From a virus, in UHGV virus genome UHGV-1374863: a DNA stretch of 37,142 bases; one strand, 5' to 3'. Under the pieces are notes generated by a model. That model was not told the origin of the DNA and made no database searches. It worked only from the letters and a program-made list of their open reading frames with translations. This document shows, one piece after another, positions 18,123-27,033 of this stretch. The number at the start of each line of letters is the position of its first letter. Within the stretch, counting starts at the first letter, position 1. A program made the position numbers and the translations under genes.

Positions 18123-19263
18123 CCCCTTTCAATTTTTCATAGTTTTTAGTAATATGATGCTCGTTCATAAATGCTTCCTCTGATTCTTCATACTCAAAAT
18201 CAATTAACACTTGGTTAGGCGTGAATACTCCAGAAGCAATTAATTTATCAATTTGTACAGCTTGTTCATACGGATCACGTTTAAGAACATTCATGATTAC
18301 CACTCGTACACCTTGTTGGTACTCATATTTTTCCAAAACTTTATTATTAAGTTCTGATTGTAGTTTGTCCTTCAATTGAGTAATACAAAGTTTTTGATAG
18401 GCTTTTAGATTAAATTCTAGATCGGCCATTTCTCCATGTACTAATGCAGAAGGAACACCAATGGCACGACAAACATCATTGATTAATGACTTTTTCATTT
18501 GGTCCAATTCTTCCAAAGATTGATTAGACGAGCCCGTTTTATTTGTGTACTCTTCGTATTTAAAACCTTTCAGTTGTGGAACTATTGCTACTGAGTTATT
18601 TCTAAAAGATTTGTATATCTTATTAACGAATGCTTGTATTTTTTCTTGATCGGTTCTTCCATTTACGTCCTTTTTATCTCCATAACTACCTGTTTGATCA
18701 ATAGATACACCTGCTCGAATTTGGTTATTTCGCATAGAAACTTCTAAGATACGGCCAAAAAGCTCACCATAATCATTGAATAGACCATCGGTGAACTTAT
18801 CTAATTTTTCATTGTTATATTGAAGGTAAATAACCTCAGACATTTTAAAGTTTCTCTGATAGGTGTAGTTTTTTATAGTTACTTCCGAAAACGTATCTTC
18901 GTAGAGTGCATATTCATTTCTATAAAAATCATCTGCAATCAATAACTGATTATCATCGGAAACAATTACTAACACTTCGTTGTTTTTTAAAAGTGTATAA
19001 AAGAATTTTTGCCAAAAATCATTCGCTGACATGTCTTTATTTGGGCGTACGTTTAGTAGATAGTCCCATTCTTCTTTCGTGGCACCTCTTATTTGTACTT
19101 GCGTTGTTGACATGGTCCTAGCAACAAAATTTAAAACAGAATCTAAAGCCCAGCGCTTTAAGTATGCTCTAGTAGATACGTCGTTTATAAACTCAAAATC
19201 CAACATTTCTTGAATAGCTTTGTTTTTAGCTGACGTACCTTTTAATAAGTCAAATAAACTCAC
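18088..19263 (-). CDS. Portal protein (391 aa)
   Basis: Position between terL and the protease; size; acidic C-terminus. Confidence 0.75.
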   Translation of the reverse strand: MSLFDLLKGTSAKNKAIQEMLDFEFINDVSTRAYLKRWALDSVLNFVARTMSTTQVQIRGATKEEWDYLLNVRPNKDMSANDFWQKFFYTLLKNNEVLVIVSDDNQLLIADDFYRNEYALYEDTFSEVTIKNYTYQRNFKMSEVIYLQYNNEKLDKFTDGLFNDYGELFGRILEVSMRNNQIRAGVSIDQTGSYGDKKDVNGRTDQEKIQAFVNKIYKSFRNNSVAIVPQLKGFKYEEYTNKTGSSNQSLEELDQMKKSLINDVCRAIGVPSALVHGEMADLEFNLKAYQKLCITQLKDKLQSELNNKVLEKYEYQQGVRVVIMNVLKRDPYEQAVQIDKLIASGVFTPNQVLIDFEYEESEEAFMNEHHITKNYEKLKGGEDEDDSENQS

Positions 19264-19295
19264 TCATTCACCCCCTTTCCAAAAATTGGTAAAAC

Positions 19296-19478
19296 TTAAA
19301 TATTTGAAAAACTATACTTAAAATATTTATCAAAATTACGTTCGATTTTTTCTTCTGCTGATTGAATGACTTTCGTGTCCTCTTTTCTTAAAACATAAAT
19401 TTTGAAATATACACTTGCCTCTAATAAGTAATAACGTAGCCTTTTCTTGACGTTTATTTCAATTACTTGATTTTCCAT
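19296..19478 (-). CDS. Hypothetical 60-aa protein
   Basis: ORF between terL and portal. Confidence 0.4.
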   Translation of the reverse strand: MENQVIEINVKKRLRYYLLEASVYFKIYVLRKEDTKVIQSAEEKIERNFDKYFKYSFSNI

Positions 19479-19492
19479 TCAATTCTCCACCT

Positions 19493-19660
19493 CTATTTTA
19501 TTTTCCCTAAAAAATGACGACCCGATTTATTTTCTTTTTTTGCTGGCACATCCCATTTATAGCCGTTATGAGTAACGAATGTCTTTTTGAAATATGCAAT
19601 ATTGTTTCCATAAGCTGATTTCGTTGCCCTAACAATATTTAGGTATTGTGGTTTATACAT
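19493..19660 (-). CDS. Small 55-aa protein, not in the ORF track
   Basis: ATG at 19660 with RBS AAGGAGTGA; fills the terL-portal gap. Confidence 0.45.
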   Translation of the reverse strand: MYKPQYLNIVRATKSAYGNNIAYFKKTFVTHNGYKWDVPAKKENKSGRHFLGKIK

Positions 19661-19672
19661 AACTATCACTCC

Positions 19673-21313
19673 TTAAAAGTCTAATTCATTTAAAATATCA
19701 AATGCTTCTGAATAATCTACATATTCACTAATCGCTTCTCTTTTATAAAGTGCCGCCAAAAAAGCATGAAAGCCATCTGTTTTTCTTCTAATTGGTTCTT
19801 TTTTCAAAAATGTTCGATTTCCTTGGTTATCTTCTTTAACATACGTATTATTAGTAAACCATCGCATTGGTGGATCATCACCGAATATGAATCGCTCATT
19901 TGCAAATCCATCTTCGATTATTGGCGCTACTTTTGCTTGCACACCTCTAGGATTCCTTAAAAATTCATTCTCGTACCCTTCTTTATCTAGCAAAGGCTTT
20001 AATAAATCCATACGAAAACCATCTGCACAGACTAACTCAATGTTATACGTTGAACGTTTATTATTAAGCCAGTTTATTAAATGTTGCGGATCAATTGATG
20101 GACCATCAACAATCGTTATAAATCCTTGTTCCTCCCACTCTTCAACTGGGGCTTTGACCTTAACCTTTTCTAAGAAACCTTTTCGTACAAAACTATGGCT
20201 TAACCATATATATTTATCTTCTTTTTTAAATAACAAACCTATACTAGCAAAGTCACTAATACTTGCGTAGTCAAAACCAGCAACACAAGACATTCCTTTT
20301 AATTCAGGTATTTCCTGATTTGTTGCTAGTAATTTTTCGGGAGTCGTTACATCTCGCTCATCGTTGCCTTCTGTAAAGTTCATACGTTTTATAACAAATT
20401 CTTGACGACCACTAGGCTCCTCCTCTAAATCAAGATAATCTTCTTTAACCTCTTCAAAAATTTGTTCTGCATATTCTGTTTTCTCATTGAACATTGGATT
20501 AGCTTTTGCCCACATATTCATGTCGTTCAATTCATCAATGCTATCGAGTTTACAAATAAACGGAAAATACCCAATTCGATCAGTTTTTCCAGTGAGTATC
20601 TTCATTGAACGTTCAATTTGTTTATCGTAGAAACCTTCACGGACATAACCATTAGTACCAAAATACCAAGTCCTTGCGTGCTTAACTTTTCCTAATCCAG
20701 AACGCTGAACTTTAACAGGACTATTATTTATAAACCCGTGTATTTCATCAAAAAATAGACAGCCATCTCTTGCACTGTCCATTGTTTTTGGATTATTAGT
20801 TCTGAATTTAAATTCCGCCGCCATAGCTTTACCTGTAATTACTGACTTCTTAGCATTAAAATGTTTTTTTAAATTTCTGGAAAGAATTACATTATAGACT
20901 TCATCAAAAGACATTTTTGCCTGATCTTCTGAGTTTGCTGTAATTGTTGAATTGTATCCTCTGATTCCGTGCAACTCTGAAATAAAAAAAGCACCTAGCG
21001 TTGAAAGAAAACCATTCTTCCCACCACCACGGCCAAGCGTTACTAAAAATTCACGAAAAACCACTCGATCTTTATTTTTCCAGTACATGAAAACAAAAGT
21101 AGCTATGAATTTTTGATAAATTGATAATGGAAAGAAGTATTTTTCGGAAAATTTAATATAATTTTCGAGCATTTTTTCGTCTATATAAAGATCATCTCTG
21201 CTCAATATTTTTGTTTCCAAATATTTAATTAATAAAAATTGCTCTTTACACGCAATGTGTTTTCCTGAATAAATAAGCCATTTGTATTCTTCAAAGTATT
21301 TTGCTTGTATCAT
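19673..21313 (-). CDS. Terminase large subunit (546 aa)
   Basis: P-loop LGRGGGKNG; nuclease-type C-terminal half; overlaps terS. Confidence 0.9.
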   Translation of the reverse strand: MIQAKYFEEYKWLIYSGKHIACKEQFLLIKYLETKILSRDDLYIDEKMLENYIKFSEKYFFPLSIYQKFIATFVFMYWKNKDRVVFREFLVTLGRGGGKNGFLSTLGAFFISELHGIRGYNSTITANSEDQAKMSFDEVYNVILSRNLKKHFNAKKSVITGKAMAAEFKFRTNNPKTMDSARDGCLFFDEIHGFINNSPVKVQRSGLGKVKHARTWYFGTNGYVREGFYDKQIERSMKILTGKTDRIGYFPFICKLDSIDELNDMNMWAKANPMFNEKTEYAEQIFEEVKEDYLDLEEEPSGRQEFVIKRMNFTEGNDERDVTTPEKLLATNQEIPELKGMSCVAGFDYASISDFASIGLLFKKEDKYIWLSHSFVRKGFLEKVKVKAPVEEWEEQGFITIVDGPSIDPQHLINWLNNKRSTYNIELVCADGFRMDLLKPLLDKEGYENEFLRNPRGVQAKVAPIIEDGFANERFIFGDDPPMRWFTNNTYVKEDNQGNRTFLKKEPIRRKTDGFHAFLAALYKREAISEYVDYSEAFDILNELDF

Positions 21314-21663
21314 AATAAATCGCTACTATCATTTTCGCTGTCATCATTCTCTCTTTCGACAGGGATTAAGTCAGTTAGTTGTTTGATAATTCGTTGGTAA
21401 CTCATATCACGTGAGTTAAAAAGCTTGGCTATAGGGCGTTCACGCTCATAAGGTTCTTGCTTATCAGATTGACTAAACATTTCTACATCGCCATTTTCAG
21501 AAATATCTATCCACATTTCATCCAACAAAATTCTTAATCTTGCTGCTTGCATTAAAAGTCCATCAACAGCCTTTAGTTTCTCTTTCGGTATGGTTTTAAA
21601 TAATTTTTTCAAACGATTTTTTTCTTTCTTAACAAGCTTCTCACGCTCTTCTAACCTACTCAT
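21310..21663 (-). CDS. Terminase small subunit (about 117 aa from MSRLEEREKL; RBS AGAGGTGA)
   Basis: Immediately upstream of terL and coupled to it. The long N-terminal extension in the ORF track runs through the G-rich putative cos region and has no RBS. Confidence 0.6.
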   Translation of the reverse strand: MSRLEEREKLVKKEKNRLKKLFKTIPKEKLKAVDGLLMQAARLRILLDEMWIDISENGDVEMFSQSDKQEPYERERPIAKLFNSRDMSYQRIIKQLTDLIPVERENDDSENDSSDLL

Positions 21664-21833
21664 TAACTCACCTCTTTCTTTTCTTATATAGGGGGAGGGG
21701 GTCACGTGTGAAAAAATTGTATTTTTCTTTCTAGTCGACCCCATCCACCGGTTCCCTAGATTGGGATTTGACCCCAAAATAATTCGACTGGGGGTATGTT
21801 AGTCCCCACTTTCATTTGTTATTCAGTCCTGTT
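21664..21833. other. Putative cos / terminase-binding region: GGGGGAGGGGG plus repeated GACCCCA, GTCCCCA and TGGGGGT motifs
   Basis: G/C-tract repeats in otherwise AT-rich DNA, immediately upstream of terS and downstream of the HNH gene. Confidence 0.4.
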
Positions 21834-22085
21834 TTAGGATTTGGTTTCCACGAAGTCGATCGACAATGAGATGTAATCGTACGTTACCTGTTCTCTGTCT
21901 GGTGCTGGATGAGTTTCATTGTAGTCCCCACCCATTATGATCACATGACCATCATCAACTCGTTGCTTAAATGAATTCAACTTATCAATTGTATCTTGAA
22001 TCCAAGCGCTGGCATCGTGGCTGGATTCATTTAGATTTCGAATTACTGATCCTTCTTTTATAAATGTTCTTTCATCATTACTCAT
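21834..22085 (-). CDS. Hypothetical 83-aa protein
   Basis: ORF whose ATG overlaps the upstream stop (ATGA). Confidence 0.5.
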   Translation of the reverse strand: MSNDERTFIKEGSVIRNLNESSHDASAWIQDTIDKLNSFKQRVDDGHVIIMGGDYNETHPAPDREQVTYDYISLSIDFVETKS

Positions 22086-22807
22086 TGATTAAACACCCTT
22101 CCGTTATTAAGATCGATCGACAAGACTTTGTTCCTAGGATCATCTTTTGTCATATAAACAAATGTGATTACATTTGTTCCTGGCATATCACTGTCAGTAA
22201 CATAATGTGCAGTCATAGATGCAACCCCAACCTCTTGGCCTTTGATGTAAAGTTTAGGAACTTTCCCGTTTAAATAGAAGCTTACATCTTCTTTGGTTAA
22301 TGGTTTATTCGAATCCAAGATATCCTGTCGCTTTTGTTTCCAAACATTACCTTCGAAAAACTGCTTGCCATAATCCATGTAGTCTTCATCACCTTGTTCT
22401 TTGTAAGGATGAGCATGAATACCTACTACATATCCAATAAAAGAACTCCTTAAACTTTCACTAGTAGTTTGTTTAATTTGATTAAATGCCTTCTCCCATC
22501 CCTCATGTAACTTCGAAGAAAAGTTAACAGTTACATTACCGCCTTCAACAAATTGCTTTGTGAAGTTTTCGTATACAACATCTTGGGTTCTGTACTTTGG
22601 TAATGCTGCTTTGAGACCTAGCCCATCAGCCGCCCATTTATCAACCAGGAGTTTCTTACCTCCGATCCCATCAGCATCAGAAGTCGTTACTACTGCCGTA
22701 GGATATAGTTCCTTAATTTTAATCATTAATGACTTCATACTAGGAGCAACAACAATCGTGTATCTTCCATCTTCCACATAATCTTTCAAACATTTCTTTA
22801 CCACCAT
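22082..22807 (-). CDS. Hypothetical 241-aa protein
   Basis: ORF between the HNH and terS; no family recognised by eye. Confidence 0.5.
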   Translation of the reverse strand: MVVKKCLKDYVEDGRYTIVVAPSMKSLMIKIKELYPTAVVTTSDADGIGGKKLLVDKWAADGLGLKAALPKYRTQDVVYENFTKQFVEGGNVTVNFSSKLHEGWEKAFNQIKQTTSESLRSSFIGYVVGIHAHPYKEQGDEDYMDYGKQFFEGNVWKQKRQDILDSNKPLTKEDVSFYLNGKVPKLYIKGQEVGVASMTAHYVTDSDMPGTNVITFVYMTKDDPRNKVLSIDLNNGRVFNQ

Positions 22808-23109
22808 TCATCATCCCATTTCTTTTTTCTTTTCGATTCTCTATAGTTAAATCTGCCGTGCCGTTTGTTGTGACAGTCCTTGCACAGTGTGCGTAGGTTA
22901 TCAATATCTAAGGCATGCTGTGGATAATACTCCAACTCTTTAATATGATCCACTTCAAGAATAGAATCATATTGAGTTGTTAACTTACCTTCTTGTTTGC
23001 ACCACTGGCATTCGTAATGATCACGCTCTAAGCACTGCTGTCTTAATCTTCTCCACTCTGATGAGCCATAGAACTTTGCTCGTGCTTGTTTGGATGATAC
23101 ATCAATCAT
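22798..23109 (-). CDS. HNH endonuclease (packaging-associated)
   Basis: Motif ERDHYECQWC...VDHI...LCKDCHNKRH; start taken at MIDVSS, overlapping the upstream stop (ATGATTGA). Confidence 0.85.
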   Translation of the reverse strand: MIDVSSKQARAKFYGSSEWRRLRQQCLERDHYECQWCKQEGKLTTQYDSILEVDHIKELEYYPQHALDIDNLRTLCKDCHNKRHGRFNYRESKRKKKWDDEWW

Positions 23110-23416
23110 TGTTGGCAATATTAGAAAGGTAAGTGTTAACCAACGCACGTTGCACTTGCAGCACACCTTCAATACCTAGCGACTTAACATCAAGTTTCAA
23201 TCGTTCGTTTAAGAACTGTGCATTGTGATCTGCTTCAAGTGTTTCCTTCTGAACGTAATAAAGTAATGCTGATGTCTCATCCATCTTCAGCCCATATACT
23301 GAAATGATTTCAATAAACAATTCTGCAAGCGCATCTATATCTTTCTCTTCACGAACTTTTTTCATGATCTCTAAGAACTGTGCTTGCTGCTTTTTAATCT
23401 GTTCTTTTTTACTCAT
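23102..23416 (-). CDS. Hypothetical 104-aa protein
   Basis: ORF. Confidence 0.5.
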   Translation of the reverse strand: MSKKEQIKKQQAQFLEIMKKVREEKDIDALAELFIEIISVYGLKMDETSALLYYVQKETLEADHNAQFLNERLKLDVKSLGIEGVLQVQRALVNTYLSNIANND

Positions 23417-23597
23417 AGCTACACCCCTCTTTAAAAAAAGCAGATACTAAATCTTTTTCCACTTTAAATTCGATTGATTTATTTTTCTCAATCCTTCTGA
23501 AAGTGTGATACTTCTTCGATTGTTTTATCAATTCACACTGCATTCCAGGCAGACAATATACAACGCCATCTAACACTAGACGTTTTTTTGCAATCAT
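23409..23597 (-). CDS. Hypothetical 62-aa protein, first gene after the tRNA
   Basis: RBS AAGAGGTGA 6 nt before the ATG at 23597. Confidence 0.45.
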   Translation of the reverse strand: MIAKKRLVLDGVVYCLPGMQCELIKQSKKYHTFRRIEKNKSIEFKVEKDLVSAFFKEGCSYE

Positions 23598-23624
23598 TGC
23601 TGTCACCTCTTTATAAATTTATGT

Positions 23625-23661
23625 ACTAAATAAAAGAAGACTGCACGGTGAAAGTGCAGTC
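23625..23661 (-). terminator. Rho-independent terminator: stem GACTGCAC/GTGCAGTC followed on the minus strand by CTTCTTTTATTT
   Basis: Hairpin 23639-23661 with T-tract; lies between the tRNA and the first late gene. Confidence 0.6.
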
Positions 23662-23757
23662 TATAATAGGAGGGAAATCCTTAACCGTCATTTGATCGTA
23701 AAGGTAGTTACATTGTTTATTGACGATTATTTTTTATTTAAGTAGCTATGCTACTTA

Positions 23758-23831
23758 CTGGAATAATGAGACTCGAACTCATGACCGTACGCTTAGAAAG
23801 CGGATGCTCTATCCTGCTGAGCTATATTCCA
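23758..23831 (-). tRNA. tRNA-Arg (anticodon UCU)
   Basis: Hand-folded cloverleaf: 7-bp acceptor stem, D-arm GCTC-AGCAGGATA-GAGC, anticodon loop TTTCTAA, T-arm ATGAG-TTCGAGT-CTCAT. One C-T mismatch in the anticodon stem; CCA not encoded. Confidence 0.7.
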
Positions 23832-24090
23832 TTAAAACGACACTCGCAAACCTGTAGAAAATAAGGGAGGAAATTCACCTCACTTTTATTTTTAGTTGTG
23901 AATGAATGGTTAGCTAGTGTCCTATTTTTTGCTGTCTATGACTAAACGAGATAGGAAGGAGAGGAATTTCACATCCTTTTTTAAATTTTATATAGGCAGC
24001 ATACAAACAACATAAACACACAGAGCTAAGTAAGGAAGCATGCATTCCTTTGTGTATCTTTATTATTTGACAATATCATAATAACTTTTT

Positions 24091-24621
24091 TTATACGGAG
24101 TTCGCTCCGGAACTTTTCCGACTCTTTGCGGATAAAAGTGGAGTTGATTCCGACTTTTTAACAACTAGTTTTATTTCATTGCTAAACTGCATCATAGCTT
24201 CTTTCGATTCATCTGTCACAATATCTTTGCTAACATGAATCATTTCTAGAATCTCGCTTACGGTAAATCCTTGTAGATACCGTAAGATAAATATTTGTCT
24301 ACGTCTTTCTGTAACTTCTGATCTAAATGGATGTGAGATAGCAATAAATCCTTTGACGAATAATTCATGCAGCTCTTGAAACTCTGTAATATCATTCTCA
24401 CGTTGAATAAGCATTCTTTCAGCTTCTCCAACACCCCCATTAGCAGTTGAAGGAGGAATGAGACTAAATGATTGAGTTACTTTTGGCACCCTTGGTTGGC
24501 CAGCTTTTTCGCGTGAGTTCTTGTAAGCACGTATAAATATTTCGAAATTCTTTCTAGTTAAAACTAAGTCAACATCTTCATCATTGGGTACTTCGTATTT
24601 ACTAACATCAAATAGCGACAT
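24091..24621 (-). CDS. arpU: ArpU-family phage late transcriptional regulator
   Basis: C-terminal sigma-70 region-4-like helix (RRRQIFILRYLQGFTVSEI); start at MSLFDVSKY with RBS GGGGGAG. The ORF-track N-terminal extension is unlikely. Confidence 0.75.
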   Translation of the reverse strand: MSLFDVSKYEVPNDEDVDLVLTRKNFEIFIRAYKNSREKAGQPRVPKVTQSFSLIPPSTANGGVGEAERMLIQRENDITEFQELHELFVKGFIAISHPFRSEVTERRRQIFILRYLQGFTVSEILEMIHVSKDIVTDESKEAMMQFSNEIKLVVKKSESTPLLSAKSRKSSGANSV

Positions 24622-24648
24622 GACTGCCACTCCCCCTTGTGGTATAAT
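24620..24648 (+). promoter_or_regulatory. Plus-strand promoter ATGACT-17-TGgTATAAT facing away from arpU
   Basis: -35 at 24620-24625; extended -10 at 24640-24648. Confidence 0.4.
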
Positions 24649-24786
24649 ATTCGTGTCGGGAATATTAGTCACAGTCGGAGGAATCCGGCTTTTTTTATTG
24701 GTTTTAAAAATCAACGCTACCTCGTTTATCTATTGCTCTAAATTTTGGAATCATCTTCTTCACTCGCTTTCTGTATCCTATTTTTA

Positions 24787-25107
24787 TTAGTAGACAGGCC
24801 GCTTTTCACATGGTTCATTAAAATTCTCTGCGTTTATTTTCCAAAAATCGTTGACAGCTTTTTCATATTGTTCTGTGTTATAAGAATAGTCTTCGCTATC
24901 TTTTTGCAGATGAATTAAATTGTTATTGTGATAAATAGCAGCAGAAAGTTTGTTGTATAATGCTTCATGGTCAAGCCACGACCGACCTATTTCAGTTAAT
25001 GTGACAGTTGGACCTGTACTTAAACCACTCAAAACTCTGATTTTTTGAGACATCATTTGTAATTCCCATGCACGAATTTTATCTGACTTTCTTATCATCT
25101 TCTTCAC
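24787..25107 (-). CDS. Hypothetical 106-aa early protein
   Basis: ORF. Confidence 0.5.
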   Translation of the reverse strand: MKKMIRKSDKIRAWELQMMSQKIRVLSGLSTGPTVTLTEIGRSWLDHEALYNKLSAAIYHNNNLIHLQKDSEDYSYNTEQYEKAVNDFWKINAENFNEPCEKRPVY

Positions 25108-25118
25108 CCGCTTTCCGT

Positions 25119-25448
25119 TTAAAAATATAAATTTATATGTTCAAAGACATCTCTTTTTTTACTAGTGGTGTAGTTGTCAAAACGAACGAACAGCTCTTTC
25201 TTTACATTATTTGTTAAAAACCTAACGGAATATCCATACTTAATTCTGCTTATTTCGATGGCATCTCTGCATATTTTTTTCAGTTCATTTTTCGTTAGTT
25301 TAACTCTAAAACCTAGCACTATATCAGCATCACCATTCACGGTCTCTGTCTTAGCAGACCAATCGTCATTACAATAATGTCCATAAAATTGCCAAAGTTT
25401 ATCATTATCTAACTCAAGAAAATTTATTTGCTCATTCATCTTATTCAC
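25119..25448 (-). CDS. Hypothetical 109-aa early protein
   Basis: ORF. Confidence 0.5.
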   Translation of the reverse strand: MNKMNEQINFLELDNDKLWQFYGHYCNDDWSAKTETVNGDADIVLGFRVKLTKNELKKICRDAIEISRIKYGYSVRFLTNNVKKELFVRFDNYTTSKKRDVFEHINLYF

Positions 25449-25456
25449 TCGCTTTC

Positions 25457-25663
25457 TTACAAATTCACTGGCTCTTTTTTATAACCAGCATCAATCAAAA
25501 TTCCCTCAATCACATAAAGGTCCGTTTTCTGCTTTAAACTAGCCTTAAATTTCTTGGCAATATTTCTAGCTGTTTCTAAAGAAACGACTTCATATTTTCT
25601 AGCCAGTGCATCCGCAATAATAGCGGATGTTGGCGTGTAATATATCTCCAGCAAAATGAACAC
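25457..25663 (-). CDS. Hypothetical 68-aa early protein
   Basis: ORF. Confidence 0.4.
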   Translation of the reverse strand: MFILLEIYYTPTSAIIADALARKYEVVSLETARNIAKKFKASLKQKTDLYVIEGILIDAGYKKEPVNL

Positions 25664-25672
25664 TCACTTTCG

Positions 25673-26065
25673 TTATGCTTCAACAACTTTATAGTGAACA
25701 TCTTTAATGACAAAAGAGGCAACACTATAGTAATAGCCACCATTGCCAGCATCAGCATAAAAATCAGCAATAGCAATTGGATTTTGGTTGTGGAAAATTG
25801 TTACTTTTGCTTGGTTAACAACCGTATCGTCATCAGGAATATTGGTAATTTCTGGCAAAGAAACATTCGTTATCACAGCGTCCAATTTTACATTTTTAAA
25901 TTTGCCATAAGCTCCCGCACAGCAATCTTGTTCAGAACATTCAATGGTAATTTTTGTTCCATCTTCCAAAATTAAACTATCTTCATTCCATTCCACAATA
26001 CGTTTATTTATCAACAATTCTTTAAAGTGATCGTATTCACCATAGTTTATATCGTAAAAACACAT
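25673..26065 (-). CDS. Hypothetical 130-aa early protein
   Basis: ORF. Confidence 0.5.
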   Translation of the reverse strand: MCFYDINYGEYDHFKELLINKRIVEWNEDSLILEDGTKITIECSEQDCCAGAYGKFKNVKLDAVITNVSLPEITNIPDDDTVVNQAKVTIFHNQNPIAIADFYADAGNGGYYYSVASFVIKDVHYKVVEA

Positions 26066-26262
26066 ATCCTTTAACCCCTTTCGCTTAATTCAAATATTTT
26101 GAATAATAATCCAACCAATAAATAACATAATCAGAGTTTTAGCCAACGCTCCTAATATTGCTTCGATTGTCGAACGTCCATCTTTGCCGCTATCTGATAT
26201 TTTCTTTTGTTTTTTTATTCTTGTGTTGGGTACTTTGTCATTACTTCTTTCCATCCCAAACC

Positions 26263-26562
26263 TTACAAATCGGATTCTTTGACGAATACTCCGTTTACCA
26301 TTTCCCCTTGCCGATTTTTAATTTCGCTATATGCTTGATTTAAACATTCATATAAATCCATATCGTTTTGCATGGCAAGAATAATTAAAGTAACCACTAC
26401 ATCGCCAATGCCATCTCGCAGATCATCTTTATTATCTCTTGCTAAAGCTGCGGCTACTTCTCCTACTTCTTCCGACACTTTCAAATATTGCTTGCTAGAT
26501 TCTGCAATATCCAAGTTTTTTTCTCTTGCCCACGCTTCTACATTTTTTACTAATTCATCCAT
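26263..26562 (-). CDS. MazG-like nucleotide pyrophosphohydrolase (99 aa)
   Basis: EEVGEVAAALAR...DGIGDVVVTL motifs of the all-alpha NTP-PPase fold. Confidence 0.75.
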   Translation of the reverse strand: MDELVKNVEAWAREKNLDIAESSKQYLKVSEEVGEVAAALARDNKDDLRDGIGDVVVTLIILAMQNDMDLYECLNQAYSEIKNRQGEMVNGVFVKESDL

Positions 26563-26582
26563 CTGTTTTTTTCTCCTCTAAT

Positions 26583-27008
26583 TTATTTAATATACAAATC
26601 TTTTTTTCTAACTACGAATCTTCTTCCTTGTTGACGAACAAAAACTTTATCAGCCTTCGTAAATGCTTCAGTGACATACATCGTCGCAGAGTTAGTGTAT
26701 TCTTGAATCAAAATACCTTCTACAGACATCTCACATCCTGAAACATTAAATTTATAAAATAACTCTTTACTTAACGCCGCCTTTTTGGGTTTTAGTTCAT
26801 TTAACCCTCCATGATAGATAAACTCTTTCTTTTTCTCACCGCCGAATTTCTGGCAGCCACATGTTTTGATTACACCGAATTTGCTACGTGGAATGGATCT
26901 AACAACCCCACAATCACATCTAACAATCCAATGCATTCTTTTCTCTTTATCTTCTCCTAGACAAGTTAAATGGTGAATTTTTTGACCTCTGTATTCGCCA
27001 ATATCCAT
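26583..27008 (-). CDS. Cys-rich (CxC...CGC zinc-ribbon-like) hypothetical protein. Start taken at MDIGEY to avoid overlapping the upstream gene
   Basis: ORF; motifs CDCG and CGCQ. Confidence 0.45.
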   Translation of the reverse strand: MDIGEYRGQKIHHLTCLGEDKEKRMHWIVRCDCGVVRSIPRSKFGVIKTCGCQKFGGEKKKEFIYHGGLNELKPKKAALSKELFYKFNVSGCEMSVEGILIQEYTNSATMYVTEAFTKADKVFVRQQGRRFVVRKKDLYIK

Positions 27009-27033
27009 TGCTCTTTTTTTCTGATTGCAACCG

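Noticed and set aside
21664-21777. N-terminal 38-aa extension of terS in the ORF track (start at 21777)
   Set aside because: A strong RBS (AGAGGTGA) precedes the internal ATG at 21663, and the extension runs through the G-tract putative cos region
22064-22781. + strand ORFs 22064-22273 and 22560-22781
   Set aside because: Embedded antisense in the 241-aa minus-strand gene; Cys/His-rich junk-like translation
24584-24790. 68-aa + strand ORF upstream of arpU
   Set aside because: Starts upstream of the plus-strand promoter, overlaps the arpU start on the other strand, hydrophobic low-complexity translation, no RBS
26066-26262. Possible small ORFs in the MazG-downstream gap
   Set aside because: Only ORFs of fewer than 12 codons; treated as non-coding (possible promoter region or origin)
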